NCBI GenBank assembly: GCA_037308085.1
Contig: CP147779.1
Location: 416,001 to 480,000 of the forward strand
Direction: 5' to 3'
DNA length: 64,000 bases
DNA from: Promethearchaeati archaeon SRVP18_Atabeyarchaeia-1
GTDB lineage: Archaea; Asgardarchaeota; Atabeyarchaeia; Atabeyarchaeales; Atabeyarchaeaceae
Positions 10,553 through 21,453 of this stretch are shown here, piece after piece (position 1 is the first letter of the stretch; each line of letters begins with the position of its first letter). The position numbers and the translations under genes were made by a program. The notes beneath the pieces are model-generated. The model searched no databases. It was given only the letters and a program-made list of their open reading frames with translations, and was not told where the DNA came from.

Positions 10553-11322
10553 TGAGTTTAATCAGACAATCAATTCCAACCAAACTGATTAACGACAATG
10601 GTTTGAGATTGAGCGGAAGAAAGCTTGATGAACTCAGACCAACGAAACTCGAAATGGGTACACTAAAAAGAGCTGACGGATCTGCATATATTGAACAGGG
10701 AAAGAACAAGATACTTGTCGCAGTCTATGGTCCGAGAGAGGTGCATCCCGCGCACCTTGCCCTTCCAGATAGATGCTTGCTGAGGTGCGTCTATCGCATG
10801 GCCTCCTTCTCAGTTGAAGAAAGAAAGAGTCCTGCCCCAGGGCGCCGTGAGATAGAGCTGTCTAAAGTGATAAGAGAATCTCTTGAACCATCACTATTCC
10901 TTGAAGAGTTCCCTCGCGCTGGAATAGACGTCTACATCCAGATACTGCAGGCTGATGGTGGCACGAGGTGTGCAAGTATCACAGCCGCATCTCTGGCGCT
11001 AGCAGACGCGGGCATCCCCATGCGGGACTTGGTAGTTGCTTGTGCAGCCGGAAAAGTTGAAAACCAGATTCTCTTAGACATCGACGATGCAGAGGACAAA
11101 TATGGAAGCGGCGACATGCCTGTCGCCATGATGCCAAGAAAGAACGAGATCACCCTGCTTCAGCTCGACGGCATCTTCTCGCCAGAGGAATTTCAGAAGG
11201 CACTAGAACTGGCACAGCAAGGTTGCATGCAGCTATACGAAAATCAGAGAAACGTGATCAAGGAGAAGTACAAGACAATACGCGATGAAGTCGCCACAGA
11301 CGAGAAGAAGGAGAAACAATAA
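10549..11322 (+). CDS. rrp41: Exosome exonuclease Rrp41
   Basis: [27 protein letters not shown]. Confidence 0.96.
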   Translation: MMSLIRQSIPTKLINDNGLRLSGRKLDELRPTKLEMGTLKRADGSAYIEQGKNKILVAVYGPREVHPAHLALPDRCLLRCVYRMASFSVEERKSPAPGRREIELSKVIRESLEPSLFLEEFPRAGIDVYIQILQADGGTRCASITAASLALADAGIPMRDLVVACAAGKVENQILLDIDDAEDKYGSGDMPVAMMPRKNEITLLQLDGIFSPEEFQKALELAQQGCMQLYENQRNVIKEKYKTIRDEVATDEKKEKQ

Positions 11323-11340
11323 GGAGAGTGAAAGAGCACA

Positions 11341-12147
11341 TTGATGGGAGAAAGAATAGTTTCCGAAATCGAGCGTAACTACATTATTTCGATTGTCGAC
11401 AAGGGAAAGAGACTTGACAGTCGGGGATTTGAAGATTACAGAGAAATCAAGGTAGAGACAGACATCATAAAGAAGGCAGAAGGATCTGCACTAGTCACAT
11501 TGGGGGACACGAAGGTGCTGGTGGGAGTGAAAGCGGATATCGGAGCGCCTTTCCCAGATACACCTGACAGGGCTGTTCTAACAGTCAACGCTGAGTTCAC
11601 GGCTGGAGCCTCCCCATTATTCGAACCTGGTCCTCCAGACGAAGGCGCGATCGAGTTAGCTCGCGTAGTTGATAGAGGCATCAGAGAATCCGAGTCAGTC
11701 GATTTGAAGAAGTTATGCCTCATACCAGGAAAGAAGGTTTGGGTGATATTCGTTGATGTCTACATATTGGACCATGGAGGCAACTTATTTGATGCTTCAG
11801 AACTCGGCGCAATGTCCGCTCTAATGGTGACCAAGATTCCGAAAGCAGTTGTAGAAGGAGACGAAGTGAAGCTTGAAAACGAGAGACAACCACTTCCACT
11901 AAAGACTACATCGGTCTCAGTGACATTAGCCAAAATAGGGAGCCATCTACTCGTCGACCCAATTGTCGAGGAAGAGAGTGTAATGGATTGCAGACTAACT
12001 ATGGCCACCGACAATGAGGGGCACATAGTCGCCGTGCAAAAGGGAGGCGTGGGAACCTTCACACCGCAGGAGATCCTAAAGGCCGCTGAACTCACCCAGA
12101 GGAAGGCAACTGAACTCCGAGGCAAATTGCCAAAGCGCGAGGATTAG
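11341..12147 (+). CDS. rrp42: Exosome subunit Rrp42
   Basis: KAEGSA.V.LG.T, FEPGPPDE.AIELARVVDRGIRES, LDHGGNLFDA. Confidence 0.96.
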   Translation: MMGERIVSEIERNYIISIVDKGKRLDSRGFEDYREIKVETDIIKKAEGSALVTLGDTKVLVGVKADIGAPFPDTPDRAVLTVNAEFTAGASPLFEPGPPDEGAIELARVVDRGIRESESVDLKKLCLIPGKKVWVIFVDVYILDHGGNLFDASELGAMSALMVTKIPKAVVEGDEVKLENERQPLPLKTTSVSVTLAKIGSHLLVDPIVEEESVMDCRLTMATDNEGHIVAVQKGGVGTFTPQEILKAAELTQRKATELRGKLPKRED

Positions 12148-12222
12148 AAACCGCAAGTCTTATAGAGTGACATCAGAGGTAGATACGTGTCTTTAAGCTT
12201 CCAAAATGGACGTGATTTAGCG

Positions 12223-12474
12223 ATGGGGCGTACAAAGAAGGCCGGCACAACCGGAAGGTTCGGCTCAAGATACGGCGCAACAGTCAGGAAGAGAGTCAAG
12301 GAGATTGAAAAGGAGCAGAAATCATACCACAAGTGCCCAAACTGTGAGACTCGCGCGCTCAGACGAGTCGCCGTAGGCATATGGCAATGCAAGAAATGCA
12401 ACATGACCTTCGCAGGCGGCGCTTGGAAACCGTTTCCTATGGAGAAGTTGCGAAGGGGAACTACGAAGGCTTAG
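12223..12474 (+). CDS. rpl37ae: 50S ribosomal protein L37Ae
   Basis: GRFGSRYG, CPNC, GIWQCKKC, FAGGAW; ATG at 12223. Confidence 0.96.
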   Translation: MGRTKKAGTTGRFGSRYGATVRKRVKEIEKEQKSYHKCPNCETRALRRVAVGIWQCKKCNMTFAGGAWKPFPMEKLRRGTTKA

Positions 12475-12907
12475 AGGAGCAAGCGAATCTGCTTTCTTGG
12501 TCCGCGCTTGGATACCCTTTATCTCATAGTGACCGAGAAGGGAAGCATAGAACGAGAAAGCAAAAATCAACAAGCCGACCAATTCTTTGCCAAGACTGAA
12601 ACAGCTCGTTTTAGATGTAGACAAGAAGACACCCATCACCTCTCCCCCGTGGCTGAAGCACGCGGGCTTCCCGTTTCGTTTGCTTGCTCCCAACCGTCGC
12701 TAGGTTGGTGCCATGGAAACTCTGTCGTTGCGTACCCTCTGCAAAAGAAGGAAGGAGATATCTCAGAATCCAGCGATGCAAGAAGCGCCTGACGTCAGGA
12801 CCCGAAGAAACGGATCATGGTGATATCCCAAGATCTATTTATCCAATTCTTGATGGTGGATTCGTTCAGCTATTATGACAAAGAGAAGCTCGCAACCCTG
12901 CGCGTAG

Positions 12908-13195
12908 GTGGCGCATCAATTGAAGAAACTCCCCGACGTTTGGGCGATCCGAGCCACACTGGAACTGGAAACAAGAACCGAAACGCAAGAACTGGTTCTT
13001 GCCGTCATGAGACCAGAGTTTGCGCGCCAGAATTCCACCAGATCGAATGTGGTGACAAAGGCCTCTAGTCACGGAGTCATCATCAAGGTGAAAGCAAGGG
13101 ATTTAAGTAGTTTCAGATCATCTGTTACCTCGATACTACGATTGATTAGTGTCATTTTGGAAATGCAGAAAATCATTAGAAATGAAGCACGTTGA
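12908..13195 (+). CDS. pcc1: KEOPS subunit Pcc1-like
   Basis: PE..RS, KARDLSSFRSSVTSILRL motif; position before pfdB. Confidence 0.75.
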   Translation: MAHQLKKLPDVWAIRATLELETRTETQELVLAVMRPEFARQNSTRSNVVTKASSHGVIIKVKARDLSSFRSSVTSILRLISVILEMQKIIRNEAR

Positions 13196-13213
13196 AGACG
13201 GAGGTACAAACGC

Positions 13214-13582
13214 TTGGGTCAAGAAATACCGCCTCAGCTGCAACAGGAGCTTGTAATGCGAGAACAGATCAGACAAAAGCTGATTGAACTATTCGAGCGT
13301 AGACAGCAGTTCGAAATACTCCTTCGCGAAACCGAAGGAGCGCTATCTGAGCTTGAAAAGCTGGACGCTAGCGTCCCAGTCTACAAAAGTGTGGGACCGC
13401 TGCTCATTAAAGCTGAAAAAGACAAACTCAAGCAGGAGCTGAGCGAACGCAAGGAAACCCTTAGCATCCAGTCAAAGACGCTGGAAAAGCAGGAAGAAAG
13501 GACCCGAAAACAACTCGAGGAGAAGGACACAAAACTTCAGCAGGAACTGAAAACCCGCGGTATACTTGGCGGAACAACCTGA
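13214..13582 (+). CDS. pfdB: Prefoldin beta subunit
   Basis: IPPQLQ start, ALSELEKL...VYKSVGPLLIK, coiled coils. Confidence 0.93.
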   Translation: MGQEIPPQLQQELVMREQIRQKLIELFERRQQFEILLRETEGALSELEKLDASVPVYKSVGPLLIKAEKDKLKQELSERKETLSIQSKTLEKQEERTRKQLEEKDTKLQQELKTRGILGGTT

Positions 13583-13702
13583 TGATTCACGGGATAGAGC
13601 TTCTGCATGCTTGGCTGATTTCATAGGTAAGACATGGGAACCACGTCTCTTCTTGTCAAAGTATGATCATTTTTCAGCGAACCTGATGATAGCCCCTAGA
13701 TC

Positions 13703-14032
13703 ATGGAGGCGCGGTCCATCATTCACCATAACAACCTAATGAAGTTGGGAGCTGAACAGATCGGAGGCATAATTAGGGCAGCTGAGCATGCTGCACGAAG
13801 GTATATCACTTCCAAGCTTCAAAGAAGTGAAGTTGAGGATCTTGACATAACAGTTGAAGTCGAGATTAATGAAGATCTCTCTTTCGAGGTAGAAGTCAAC
13901 CTGGATACGATTCAAGACAAAGATACTTACCAGGAAATAGTTGACGGGGCAATTGAGGTAGCTCACGCAGCCATAAAGAATGAATTGGACAAACTCGCTG
14001 ATTGCCGACTAGACCGACCGCCCTCAGATTAG
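13703..14032 (+). CDS. DUF3194-like protein
   Basis: AE.AARRYI.SKL, DLDITVEV; usual neighbour of pfdB. Confidence 0.7.
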   Translation: MEARSIIHHNNLMKLGAEQIGGIIRAAEHAARRYITSKLQRSEVEDLDITVEVEINEDLSFEVEVNLDTIQDKDTYQEIVDGAIEVAHAAIKNELDKLADCRLDRPPSD

Positions 14033-14078
14033 GCTACCTAGTGATGGCTTACTGTAGCTCAATGGATGATGAATATGT

Positions 14079-15086
14079 ATGCACGATTGGGAGCGGATTC
14101 TGGATCTGCTTGACCGGACGAAGGCCAAGAATATACTAATAGTCTGCCACAGAAATGCCGATCCCGACGCTCTGAGCAGTGCTCAGAGCCTAAAGTCCCT
14201 AATTCTGGAATCCTGCCAATCTGTCGAACAAGTTGGATTGGTTGCTGAGGGCATAAATCGAGTAGGGAAACGGATGCTCGAGTTCTATCCTGAGATAATG
14301 GTGACCGAAGAGATCGCTTTCCGACCAGACATCTTCATACTTGTGGATGTCAATAGCATAGAACATACAGGCAGATTCGCAAGGATGATAAATGGCAGCA
14401 ATCAACCTATCATAATTATCGACCATCATGTTTCTCAGATGATGTCCAACAAGAAGGCAACCTTGGAGCTTATCAGGGAGGATGCCTCATCAACAGCTGA
14501 AATCGTAAGTTCAATCAGCGAGTCTGTCGGTAGGAAGCCCTCTAGGAACGAAGCCACTATCCTATTGGCTGGAATAATCTATGATTCAAGGCGCTTCTTA
14601 AGAATAGGAAGAAATGCATTTCATACGGCTCAAATCCTGGTGGAGGCTGGCGGAGACTACGCGAGCGCTCTCTCAGCCCTGAAGCGCGCAACCGAAAGAT
14701 CCGAGAAGATTGCGCGACTGAAAGCAGCTCAAAGGGCAAAGGTGACCGACATCAATGGATGGATAGTGACGTGCTCACATGTCAGCTCTTTTGGAGCCAG
14801 CGCCTGTGGGGCGCTCATCGACTTGGGGTCGGACGTCGCCATAGTCTCGTCGAAAAGGAAGAGCGAGAAAAGGGTGACAGCGAGATCCAGCAGCTTTTTC
14901 TGCGAAACTACCGGAGTCAATCTGGCGGGAATAATGGAAGAGATCGGGCGAGAATTTGGCGGTCATGGCGGAGGACATCCCACGGCTGCAACTGTCTCTG
15001 GCATAAGGGATGACGGTAAGGGAGAACGCATGATACTAAAGCTTATTGAAGACCGCATAAAAGAGACAAGAGCCCAGCGACCCTAG
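14079..15086 (+). CDS. DHH/DHHA1 phosphoesterase (NrnA-like)
   Basis: HRNADPDA, IIDHH, GGGH motifs. Confidence 0.9.
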   Translation: MHDWERILDLLDRTKAKNILIVCHRNADPDALSSAQSLKSLILESCQSVEQVGLVAEGINRVGKRMLEFYPEIMVTEEIAFRPDIFILVDVNSIEHTGRFARMINGSNQPIIIIDHHVSQMMSNKKATLELIREDASSTAEIVSSISESVGRKPSRNEATILLAGIIYDSRRFLRIGRNAFHTAQILVEAGGDYASALSALKRATERSEKIARLKAAQRAKVTDINGWIVTCSHVSSFGASACGALIDLGSDVAIVSSKRKSEKRVTARSSSFFCETTGVNLAGIMEEIGREFGGHGGGHPTAATVSGIRDDGKGERMILKLIEDRIKETRAQRP

Positions 15087-15183
15087 TAGCTCGTCGGACA
15101 GATTCTTTTATTTGCATTCAATGCCTTACTTAAGCTGAACTGGTATGCACCTTCTTGCTCCCTGCAGGGAAGGTTTGGAAAAC

Positions 15184-16014
15184 ATGACCAGCGCTATCGA
15201 TGTGGAAGACTTAACATTCAGTTATAGGGGAAGCAGAAGGCCAGCCATAAGGAACGTCAATATGACGATCACAGACGGCGAATACATCGTGGTCACTGGC
15301 CCCACAGGATGTGGCAAGACCACTCTCTGTAGATGCTTCAATGGACTAATACCACATTTCCACCAAGGGAAAATGAATGGAAAAGTTGTGGTTGGCGGTA
15401 TTGACACGGCAGAGAGCAAGGTCTCAGATCTCTCCCAGAGAGTTGGATTTGTCTTTCAGGATCCCGAGAATCAGCTGGTCGCTCTCAACGTCGAGAGAGA
15501 ACTTGCTTTCGCGCCAGAGAATCTTGGTCTTCCACGCGAGGAGATCCGAGAAAGGGTGGAAGAATCCATAAAAATGGTGGAAATTGACCATCTCAGAGGC
15601 AAGGCGCCCTATGAGCTTTCGGGAGGAGAGCAGCAGAGAGTTGCAATAGCGGCAGTCTTGACGCTTAAACCTAAGATTCTCGTTCTGGACGAGCCGACTT
15701 CAAACCTAGATCCTCTGGGCGCGAAGAAAGTCGTGAACCTGCTCGGGAGACTAAACCATGAACACAAAATGACAATAGTTCTAATTGAGCATAGACTTGA
15801 CTTGGTAGCTCCCTTCTCGAACAGGATTCTAGTGATGAATGATGGTGAGATCGCTGTGGATGGAGAACCTCGCAAAGTTCTATCATACGATCTTGTTGAA
15901 CGACTAGGAATTGGGATCCCGAGGATACTCAAGTTATTCAAGGAACTCAGAATCGATGACGCCAATCACAGGCTCCCATTAACTCCCGATGAAGCTGTAA
16001 ATCTACTCGTCTGA
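15184..16014 (+). CDS. ecfA1: ECF transporter ATPase A
   Basis: Walker A GPTGCGKTT, FQDPENQ, LSGGEQQR, LDEPTSNLDP. Confidence 0.9.
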   Translation: MTSAIDVEDLTFSYRGSRRPAIRNVNMTITDGEYIVVTGPTGCGKTTLCRCFNGLIPHFHQGKMNGKVVVGGIDTAESKVSDLSQRVGFVFQDPENQLVALNVERELAFAPENLGLPREEIRERVEESIKMVEIDHLRGKAPYELSGGEQQRVAIAAVLTLKPKILVLDEPTSNLDPLGAKKVVNLLGRLNHEHKMTIVLIEHRLDLVAPFSNRILVMNDGEIAVDGEPRKVLSYDLVERLGIGIPRILKLFKELRIDDANHRLPLTPDEAVNLLV

Positions 16015-16030
16015 AAAGGCTGGTGTCGAT

Positions 16031-16846
16031 TTGATCATAGTCGAAGGGGTCTGGTTTACTTACCCTGACGGACCAACGGCTTTGAGGGGAGTCTCCCTGA
16101 AAATAGGTGATGGGGAGCTTGTCGCGATTATGGGAGAAAACGGCGCTGGCAAGACTACACTGATCAAATGCTTCAATGGACTTCTGAAGCCCCAAAAAGG
16201 CGTGGTCTTCATAAATAACCTGGACACCCGCGCTGCAACAGTTGCTCAGCTTGCCCGCCAAGTCGGATTCGTCTTTCAGAATGCCGATCATCAATTGTTC
16301 TCCGACACGGTCTACTCCGAGGTTGCATTTGCACTAAGAAACTTCCACTTTCCAAAGGCGGAGGCGCAGAGGAGGATCAGACAAGTACTGCGATCCTTCG
16401 ACTTGGAGAAGTACTCCAAAACCTCTCCATTTTCGCTAAGCGGCGGAGAACGCAAGAGAGTGGCACTGGCATCCACGCTTTGCTTTGATCCGCATACGAT
16501 AATTCTAGACGAACCCACAATCGGACAAGATGGCTCCCAAAAGAGGAAGCTGGGAGAGCTCATCAAATCGTTTAACCGCGCTGGGAGAACAGTCATAGTT
16601 GTCACCCATGATGTTGAATTTGCGGCCGATTATGCCTCCAGAGTTATCGCAATGGCCAAAGGCAGAATAGTAGGCGACGGACCTACGAGGAAGGTTCTAA
16701 CAGATTCCCATGTATTGGATGGGTGCGCCCTCCTCGCCCCCCAGATTGCGCAGCTCGCACAGGAATTATCAGAACGGGTAAAAGGCTTTCCGAGAGATGT
16801 CATAAGCATTGAGGAGGCTATTTCGGCAATACAGAATTTCTTGTGA
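16031..16846 (+). CDS. ecfA2: ECF transporter ATPase A'
   Basis: GENGAGKTT, FQNADHQLF, LSGGERKR, LDEPTIGQD. Confidence 0.9.
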   Translation: MIIVEGVWFTYPDGPTALRGVSLKIGDGELVAIMGENGAGKTTLIKCFNGLLKPQKGVVFINNLDTRAATVAQLARQVGFVFQNADHQLFSDTVYSEVAFALRNFHFPKAEAQRRIRQVLRSFDLEKYSKTSPFSLSGGERKRVALASTLCFDPHTIILDEPTIGQDGSQKRKLGELIKSFNRAGRTVIVVTHDVEFAADYASRVIAMAKGRIVGDGPTRKVLTDSHVLDGCALLAPQIAQLAQELSERVKGFPRDVISIEEAISAIQNFL

Positions 16847-16862
16847 GGAGTAGGACAAGGGA

Positions 16863-17621
16863 TTGTCGATACTGCAAGCTTTCAACTTCAGAAAAAAGAA
16901 CACCCTGATTCATAGGCTTGATCCTAGAACAAAGCTCTATCTAGCAGTTGTGTTATTCGTCCTGAGCTTCGCGTTCAGTGAGGTGATCGTGCTCTCTGTA
17001 ATCCTACTCTTCCTTATCATGGTACTAGGAGTGGCAAGGTCACTTAGGCGATGGATTGCCACCATAAGGGGATTGTCATTCCTCCTGATATTCATAGTGG
17101 CTCTCAACAGCTTCTTCTCAACCATTGGATATGCTACGGTCATTGTTGTAAGGCTTCTAGACATAATGTCGTGCTTCTCGATATTCTTTCTTACGGTGCA
17201 CCCAGATGATCTTGCCCAAGCCTTAATCCGGCTTCACGTGTCATTTGATTTCGCCTTTACTCTCTCAATGGCTACAAGGTATGTCCCAACACTCGCCCAG
17301 GAGGCGCAAACCATAATGGATGCACAGATGGCGCGCGGGCTCGAAATGCAAAAAGGAAACATGATTAGACAAATAAGGAACTATCTTCCTGTCATAATAC
17401 CTTTGATAATCTGCTCGATTAGGCGTGCACTGTCAATAGCCGAAAGCTTAGAATCACGTGCCTTCGGTTCAACCAAGAAGCGAACCTATTTGCAGATATT
17501 GAGAATGTCGAAGAAAGACTATGCTGTGATGCTCGCAACAACATTAGTGGCGCTGTACCTAATACACCTCAAATTCTTCATTGGTCTTCCACCTTGGGCA
17601 ACTTGGCAGATCCCTCTGTAG
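16863..17621 (+). CDS. ecfT: ECF transporter T component
   Basis: HRLDPRTK, AQMARG, ESRAF motifs; TM segments. Confidence 0.9.
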   Translation: MSILQAFNFRKKNTLIHRLDPRTKLYLAVVLFVLSFAFSEVIVLSVILLFLIMVLGVARSLRRWIATIRGLSFLLIFIVALNSFFSTIGYATVIVVRLLDIMSCFSIFFLTVHPDDLAQALIRLHVSFDFAFTLSMATRYVPTLAQEAQTIMDAQMARGLEMQKGNMIRQIRNYLPVIIPLIICSIRRALSIAESLESRAFGSTKKRTYLQILRMSKKDYAVMLATTLVALYLIHLKFFIGLPPWATWQIPL

Positions 17622-17716
17622 TTTGAAATAGACGAGATAATTGTTGACTCTTCCACATCGCTTTCAACCAGATTTGCGGATGGTTTTAAGTTCACCATGA
17701 AACACCAAAGACGGAA

Positions 17717-18334
17717 GTGGACTCCGTGAGAATCCTGCGCCTATCATGGAAACAAATCGACGAAGCATGTAGGATCGTGTCTAGTAGAATACTAGCCAGC
17801 AATTTCAAACCAGATCTGTGCGTTGCAATCAGCAGAGGCGGATTCATACCTGCCCGCCTCATGTGTGATCTGCTCGGCATTAGTAATCTTGCCTGCATCA
17901 AGATCGAATACTACTCTGGAATGAACGTTAAGCTGCCCATACCGGTAATAGCGTACCATTTGAGTGCAAATGCGAAGGGCAAGAGAATACTGTTAGCCGA
18001 TGATGTGGCCGACAGCGGCAATACGTTGATGGTTGCCAGAAAACATATGCAGGAGGCTGGAGCGAAAGAAACTCGAGTCGCGACCCTGCATTACAAGCCG
18101 TGGAGCAAAATAAGGCCCGACTACTACTCCCGCGAACTAAGGACATGGATCGTGTATCCTTGGGAAGTCTCTGAGACGATCAGAAACATGTTCTCGGACC
18201 TTCTGCGAGAGGGAAAGGATATTAGTGACGCAAAGAAACAACTATCGAGAATTGGTTTTGCTGAGAAGGAAGTCCGAATGGCACTAAGCAGCAAATCGAT
18301 TTCGGTAAGCCACAGCGGAGGACAGCGATCTTGA
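17717..18334 (+). CDS. Purine phosphoribosyltransferase (Gpt/Hpt-like)
   Basis: AISRGGFIPA, LLADDVADSGNT, WIVYPWE. Confidence 0.88.
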   Translation: MDSVRILRLSWKQIDEACRIVSSRILASNFKPDLCVAISRGGFIPARLMCDLLGISNLACIKIEYYSGMNVKLPIPVIAYHLSANAKGKRILLADDVADSGNTLMVARKHMQEAGAKETRVATLHYKPWSKIRPDYYSRELRTWIVYPWEVSETIRNMFSDLLREGKDISDAKKQLSRIGFAEKEVRMALSSKSISVSHSGGQRS

Positions 18335-18936
18335 AGCTGATCCCGATTGCCCAGGAAGGAGAGGAAACCCCCGAGTATCACATAGCGATAGGCGGATTCA
18401 GAGATTGCCCCATGGATGTCCGCATGGAAGGCCTCCTCGAGAGTGTGAAAGCGATCGAGAACAGTCAGACCATACTTGCTGTGCAGCTTTTCGATGCCGA
18501 GAGGGTTACCACTCATCTTCACCTCTTGGTAAGCGCGATTTATGCCCTTCATGCCTTCAGGAATTCTAGGAATATCTCAAACACGCTGGGTACAGAGACG
18601 TTACTATACTCATCCGCGCAGCGCCAGATAACAGAGGCTATTGAGAAGATGGGAGTGAATGCGGAATCCACGAATCTGGCAGCCTTAGTCATAAGCCTGA
18701 AGGCTGATGCAACAATTGGAGCCTTCACCAGAATCAGCAACGCAATCGGTGGAGCACTGGACGACACAGTGCTGAATATCAATGAACCCAGGAAACTGCA
18801 GACAATCAGGAGAACCTTCAAGATAGGAGATGAAGAACTGGAATCGGCGATAATAGGGATTTCTTGGCCGGATGTTGAATCAGCAATAACCAAGAGAGTC
18901 TTGAGCAGAATATCAATGATGGCGATTTCTAAGTGA
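18331..18936 (+). CDS. cgi121: KEOPS subunit Cgi121
   Basis: QLFDA..V...HL, RNISNTLGTETLLYSSAQRQITEAIEKMG. Confidence 0.85.
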   Translation: MKLIPIAQEGEETPEYHIAIGGFRDCPMDVRMEGLLESVKAIENSQTILAVQLFDAERVTTHLHLLVSAIYALHAFRNSRNISNTLGTETLLYSSAQRQITEAIEKMGVNAESTNLAALVISLKADATIGAFTRISNAIGGALDDTVLNINEPRKLQTIRRTFKIGDEELESAIIGISWPDVESAITKRVLSRISMMAISK

Positions 18937-18965
18937 ACCTGTCAGACTGTAGTTCCCAATGATGT

Positions 18966-19499
18966 TCATGGTGCCGCTAGGGAAAGAACATCGTGACACT
19001 GAAGCACCACAAGGCCAGTTCGCTCACCTATTATCTCGATTTGCAGAACCTTGTCAGGATTCTCCAAGTCGACCTTCCTCTCAATCAAGACCGCCATCGA
19101 TTTGATTATTTCTTGGCAGTGTAGTTGGGAATGTCTCTTGTTACACGTAATTCTGAAGGTGTCTTCCGCAGCTATCTTTGGAATGATCTTCTTTGAGGCT
19201 TCAACTATCAGCTCAAGTTTGGTCGGAACGACTACGTCAACCGGAGTATACTTTAATGTGTACTGGAACCGCCAGGGATCCGCAACCGCGATGATCCTCA
19301 ACTTCTCGATTACCTTTCTAGGATCGAGCGAAGTCTCGGCAACCAGCAGGCTTCTAATTCCTATGACTTCAGCTTCAACACTCTCGTCACCCGCAACATG
19401 TCCGATCAGGTCTTCAACTTCAAGAGCGGCATTGCGTTCCCTGTCTCGGATACAGGAAACGAGCAAGTTAAAACTCCTCACACCGTTTGACAATGCCAT
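18966..19499 (-). CDS. THUMP-domain protein
   Basis: TFRITCNKR, KVDLENPDKVLQIEII. Confidence 0.85.
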   Translation of the reverse strand: MALSNGVRSFNLLVSCIRDRERNAALEVEDLIGHVAGDESVEAEVIGIRSLLVAETSLDPRKVIEKLRIIAVADPWRFQYTLKYTPVDVVVPTKLELIVEASKKIIPKIAAEDTFRITCNKRHSQLHCQEIIKSMAVLIERKVDLENPDKVLQIEIIGERTGLVVLQCHDVLSLAAP

Positions 19500-19595
19500 G
19501 GGTCAAGCCCACCTTGCTTCGGCGCCCTGCAGCTAAAGAGAAAACCTCTACACGAGAGCCTATGAACAAGGTGTCGAGTTCGCTTAAGAACTGTC

Positions 19596-19739
19596 TTATT
19601 GCGCCTTGACCTTCTTCACGATTGGGGGTCTCACCTTGTACAGAACGCGGTATCCGCAGTACGGGCATTTCACTCCTGGAAGTGATTCGAGGCCTTGCAG
19701 TGAGACAGTTTTGCCGCATTTTCCACATGCGTATGGCAT
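19596..19739 (-). CDS. rpoP: RNA polymerase subunit Rpo12/P (47 aa, not in ORF track)
   Basis: Hand translation MPYACGKCGKTVSLQGLESLPGVKCPYCGYRVLYKVRPPIVKKVKAQ. Confidence 0.93.
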   Translation of the reverse strand: MPYACGKCGKTVSLQGLESLPGVKCPYCGYRVLYKVRPPIVKKVKAQ

Positions 19740-19797
19740 TTCGTACACCTTTCAAACTAGTCGCGGAATTAGGAGAGGAAATAACTCGCGTCTTTGG

Positions 19798-21453
19798 TTA
19801 AGGTGCTTCGCCCTCAACCAAGCGATCAGACAACACTCCCGTTATTTTAACCTTTAGCCTCTCACCCTCTCGATTGAACTTGTTTGGCAACAACACGACT
19901 GGGCCTTCAGAAACAGGGTAAGCGATCGTTCCTTTTCTTCTGGCCTCCCTCACCGATCCAGAAGCCACCACGTCCAACGTCTTGCCTAAGAGTCTGAACT
20001 TGGACGCCACGTTCAGCTTGCGAGCTGCCTTTTCGATCTTCCTGCTGTTCTTGTCCCTTTTCGCTGGCGGAGCGGGGGGAAATTCGGCGAAGGCTGACAG
20101 GGGAAGAGGTTTGAACTTGTAGATGGTAAGCTTCTCCACGTTTGCATTGACCATTTCCCTCATCAGGTCGACTGTTTCCCTCGCGGTTTCGGCTGTCTGT
20201 CCAGGCAGACCATGAATGAAATACACGTACGGCCTAAGACCGTGTCGCGAGGCGGTCTTGGCAGCCGCTAGAGTCTGCGATGGTGTTGAGGGACGCCCTA
20301 GTTTAGCAGAATGTTCCTCTGATCCTGTCTCACAGCCTAGGTGAATTGTTGAACCTGGCAGGTATTCTGCGATTATCGACGCGACTTCATCGTTGAACAA
20401 GCAGGGCTTAATGTTTTCCACGGAGATGTAGACGTAGTCTTTCTCTGAAATGTTGAGTTTCTGCTGGATCGATGACAGTCTGGAAAGGAGACCGTCAATC
20501 TCGCTCGTGTTGGGATGAGGGTAACGCGGGTCAGTTAGGGGACCGGTAGCGACCAATTTCTCCCGCTGATAATCCAAGAAATCGCTCGCGGAGAGGACTA
20601 TCCTTCTTATTCCCGCTCTTACCAGTTCAGTCACTTCCTCAGCTATCTTGCCCCTGTCCCTGCTCCGAGGATAACCATATAGACTTGGAACAGCGCAGAA
20701 ACCACATCCCGGAGGAATATCCACTGGGCACTGAATCCTATCCTCCAACTTGCCTTCCCGGCATTTCCCGCATTCCAAGCATTTCCTTCCGCTCGGGAGT
20801 GGGATCGATGTCCTTAGGAAGTTTGAGCATCCGCGGACAACCTCAACATAGAACTTGAGCGCTCGATAGGCGGGATAGTCTTTGACGCAATTGGTCGACG
20901 AGCAATATTTGTCGAGCAATTCATGTTCATCGGCGTAGCTTTTTTGAGAATATTCAGAAAATAGTGGTCGGGTATGGCTCTCTATTCCCGCTTTGTGTGC
21001 TACCCCGTTTGAGATAATTGTCTGCCTGAACTTCATCGGCAACGAGCCATTTCCAAGTCCGCTCTGCAGTAGCGCTAGAAGACTGTTCTCACCTTCGCCT
21101 GAGACAACCACATCATACCCAGAGGCCAATAGATCTTCTGGTTCGCTTGCTATTGGTCCTCCTATTATTGCGGGTTTGCCCCCATGGCGCTTCCGCCACG
21201 CGCTAACTATTCTATGCGCCGCATCCTTATCAAGAGACATTGCACTCACCATCAATAAGTCGGAATCATCCGCCAAGCTGGGCTTACTAATCAGATCTTC
21301 GGCAAGGAACACCCTCACTGCTAAGCCCTTGGATTCCAGAACACCAGCAATCCGGCGCGGTCCACAGCCAATGGCATCTTTGGAGGAATATCTGACTTCA
21401 CTACCCGAACCTAGGGCATCAACGATGGCAACACGGCAGACCTCTTTGCTCAT
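19798..21453 (-). CDS. B12-binding radical SAM protein with C-terminal TRAM-like region
   Basis: EVVRGCSN...PPGCGFC split Cys motif with Cys-rich insert, LGCETGS, YFIHGLPG. Confidence 0.8.
   Translation of the reverse strand: MSKEVCRVAIVDALGSGSEVRYSSKDAIGCGPRRIAGVLESKGLAVRVFLAEDLISKPSLADDSDLLMVSAMSLDKDAAHRIVSAWRKRHGGKPAIIGGPIASEPEDLLASGYDVVVSGEGENSLLALLQSGLGNGSLPMKFRQTIISNGVAHKAGIESHTRPLFSEYSQKSYADEHELLDKYCSSTNCVKDYPAYRALKFYVEVVRGCSNFLRTSIPLPSGRKCLECGKCREGKLEDRIQCPVDIPPGCGFCAVPSLYGYPRSRDRGKIAEEVTELVRAGIRRIVLSASDFLDYQREKLVATGPLTDPRYPHPNTSEIDGLLSRLSSIQQKLNISEKDYVYISVENIKPCLFNDEVASIIAEYLPGSTIHLGCETGSEEHSAKLGRPSTPSQTLAAAKTASRHGLRPYVYFIHGLPGQTAETARETVDLMREMVNANVEKLTIYKFKPLPLSAFAEFPPAPPAKRDKNSRKIEKAARKLNVASKFRLLGKTLDVVASGSVREARRKGTIAYPVSEGPVVLLPNKFNREGERLKVKITGVLSDRLVEGEAP

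Noticed and set aside
12475-12907. ORFs 12508-12792 and neighbours as a Brix gene
   Set aside because: Only a vague resemblance, no supportable motif.
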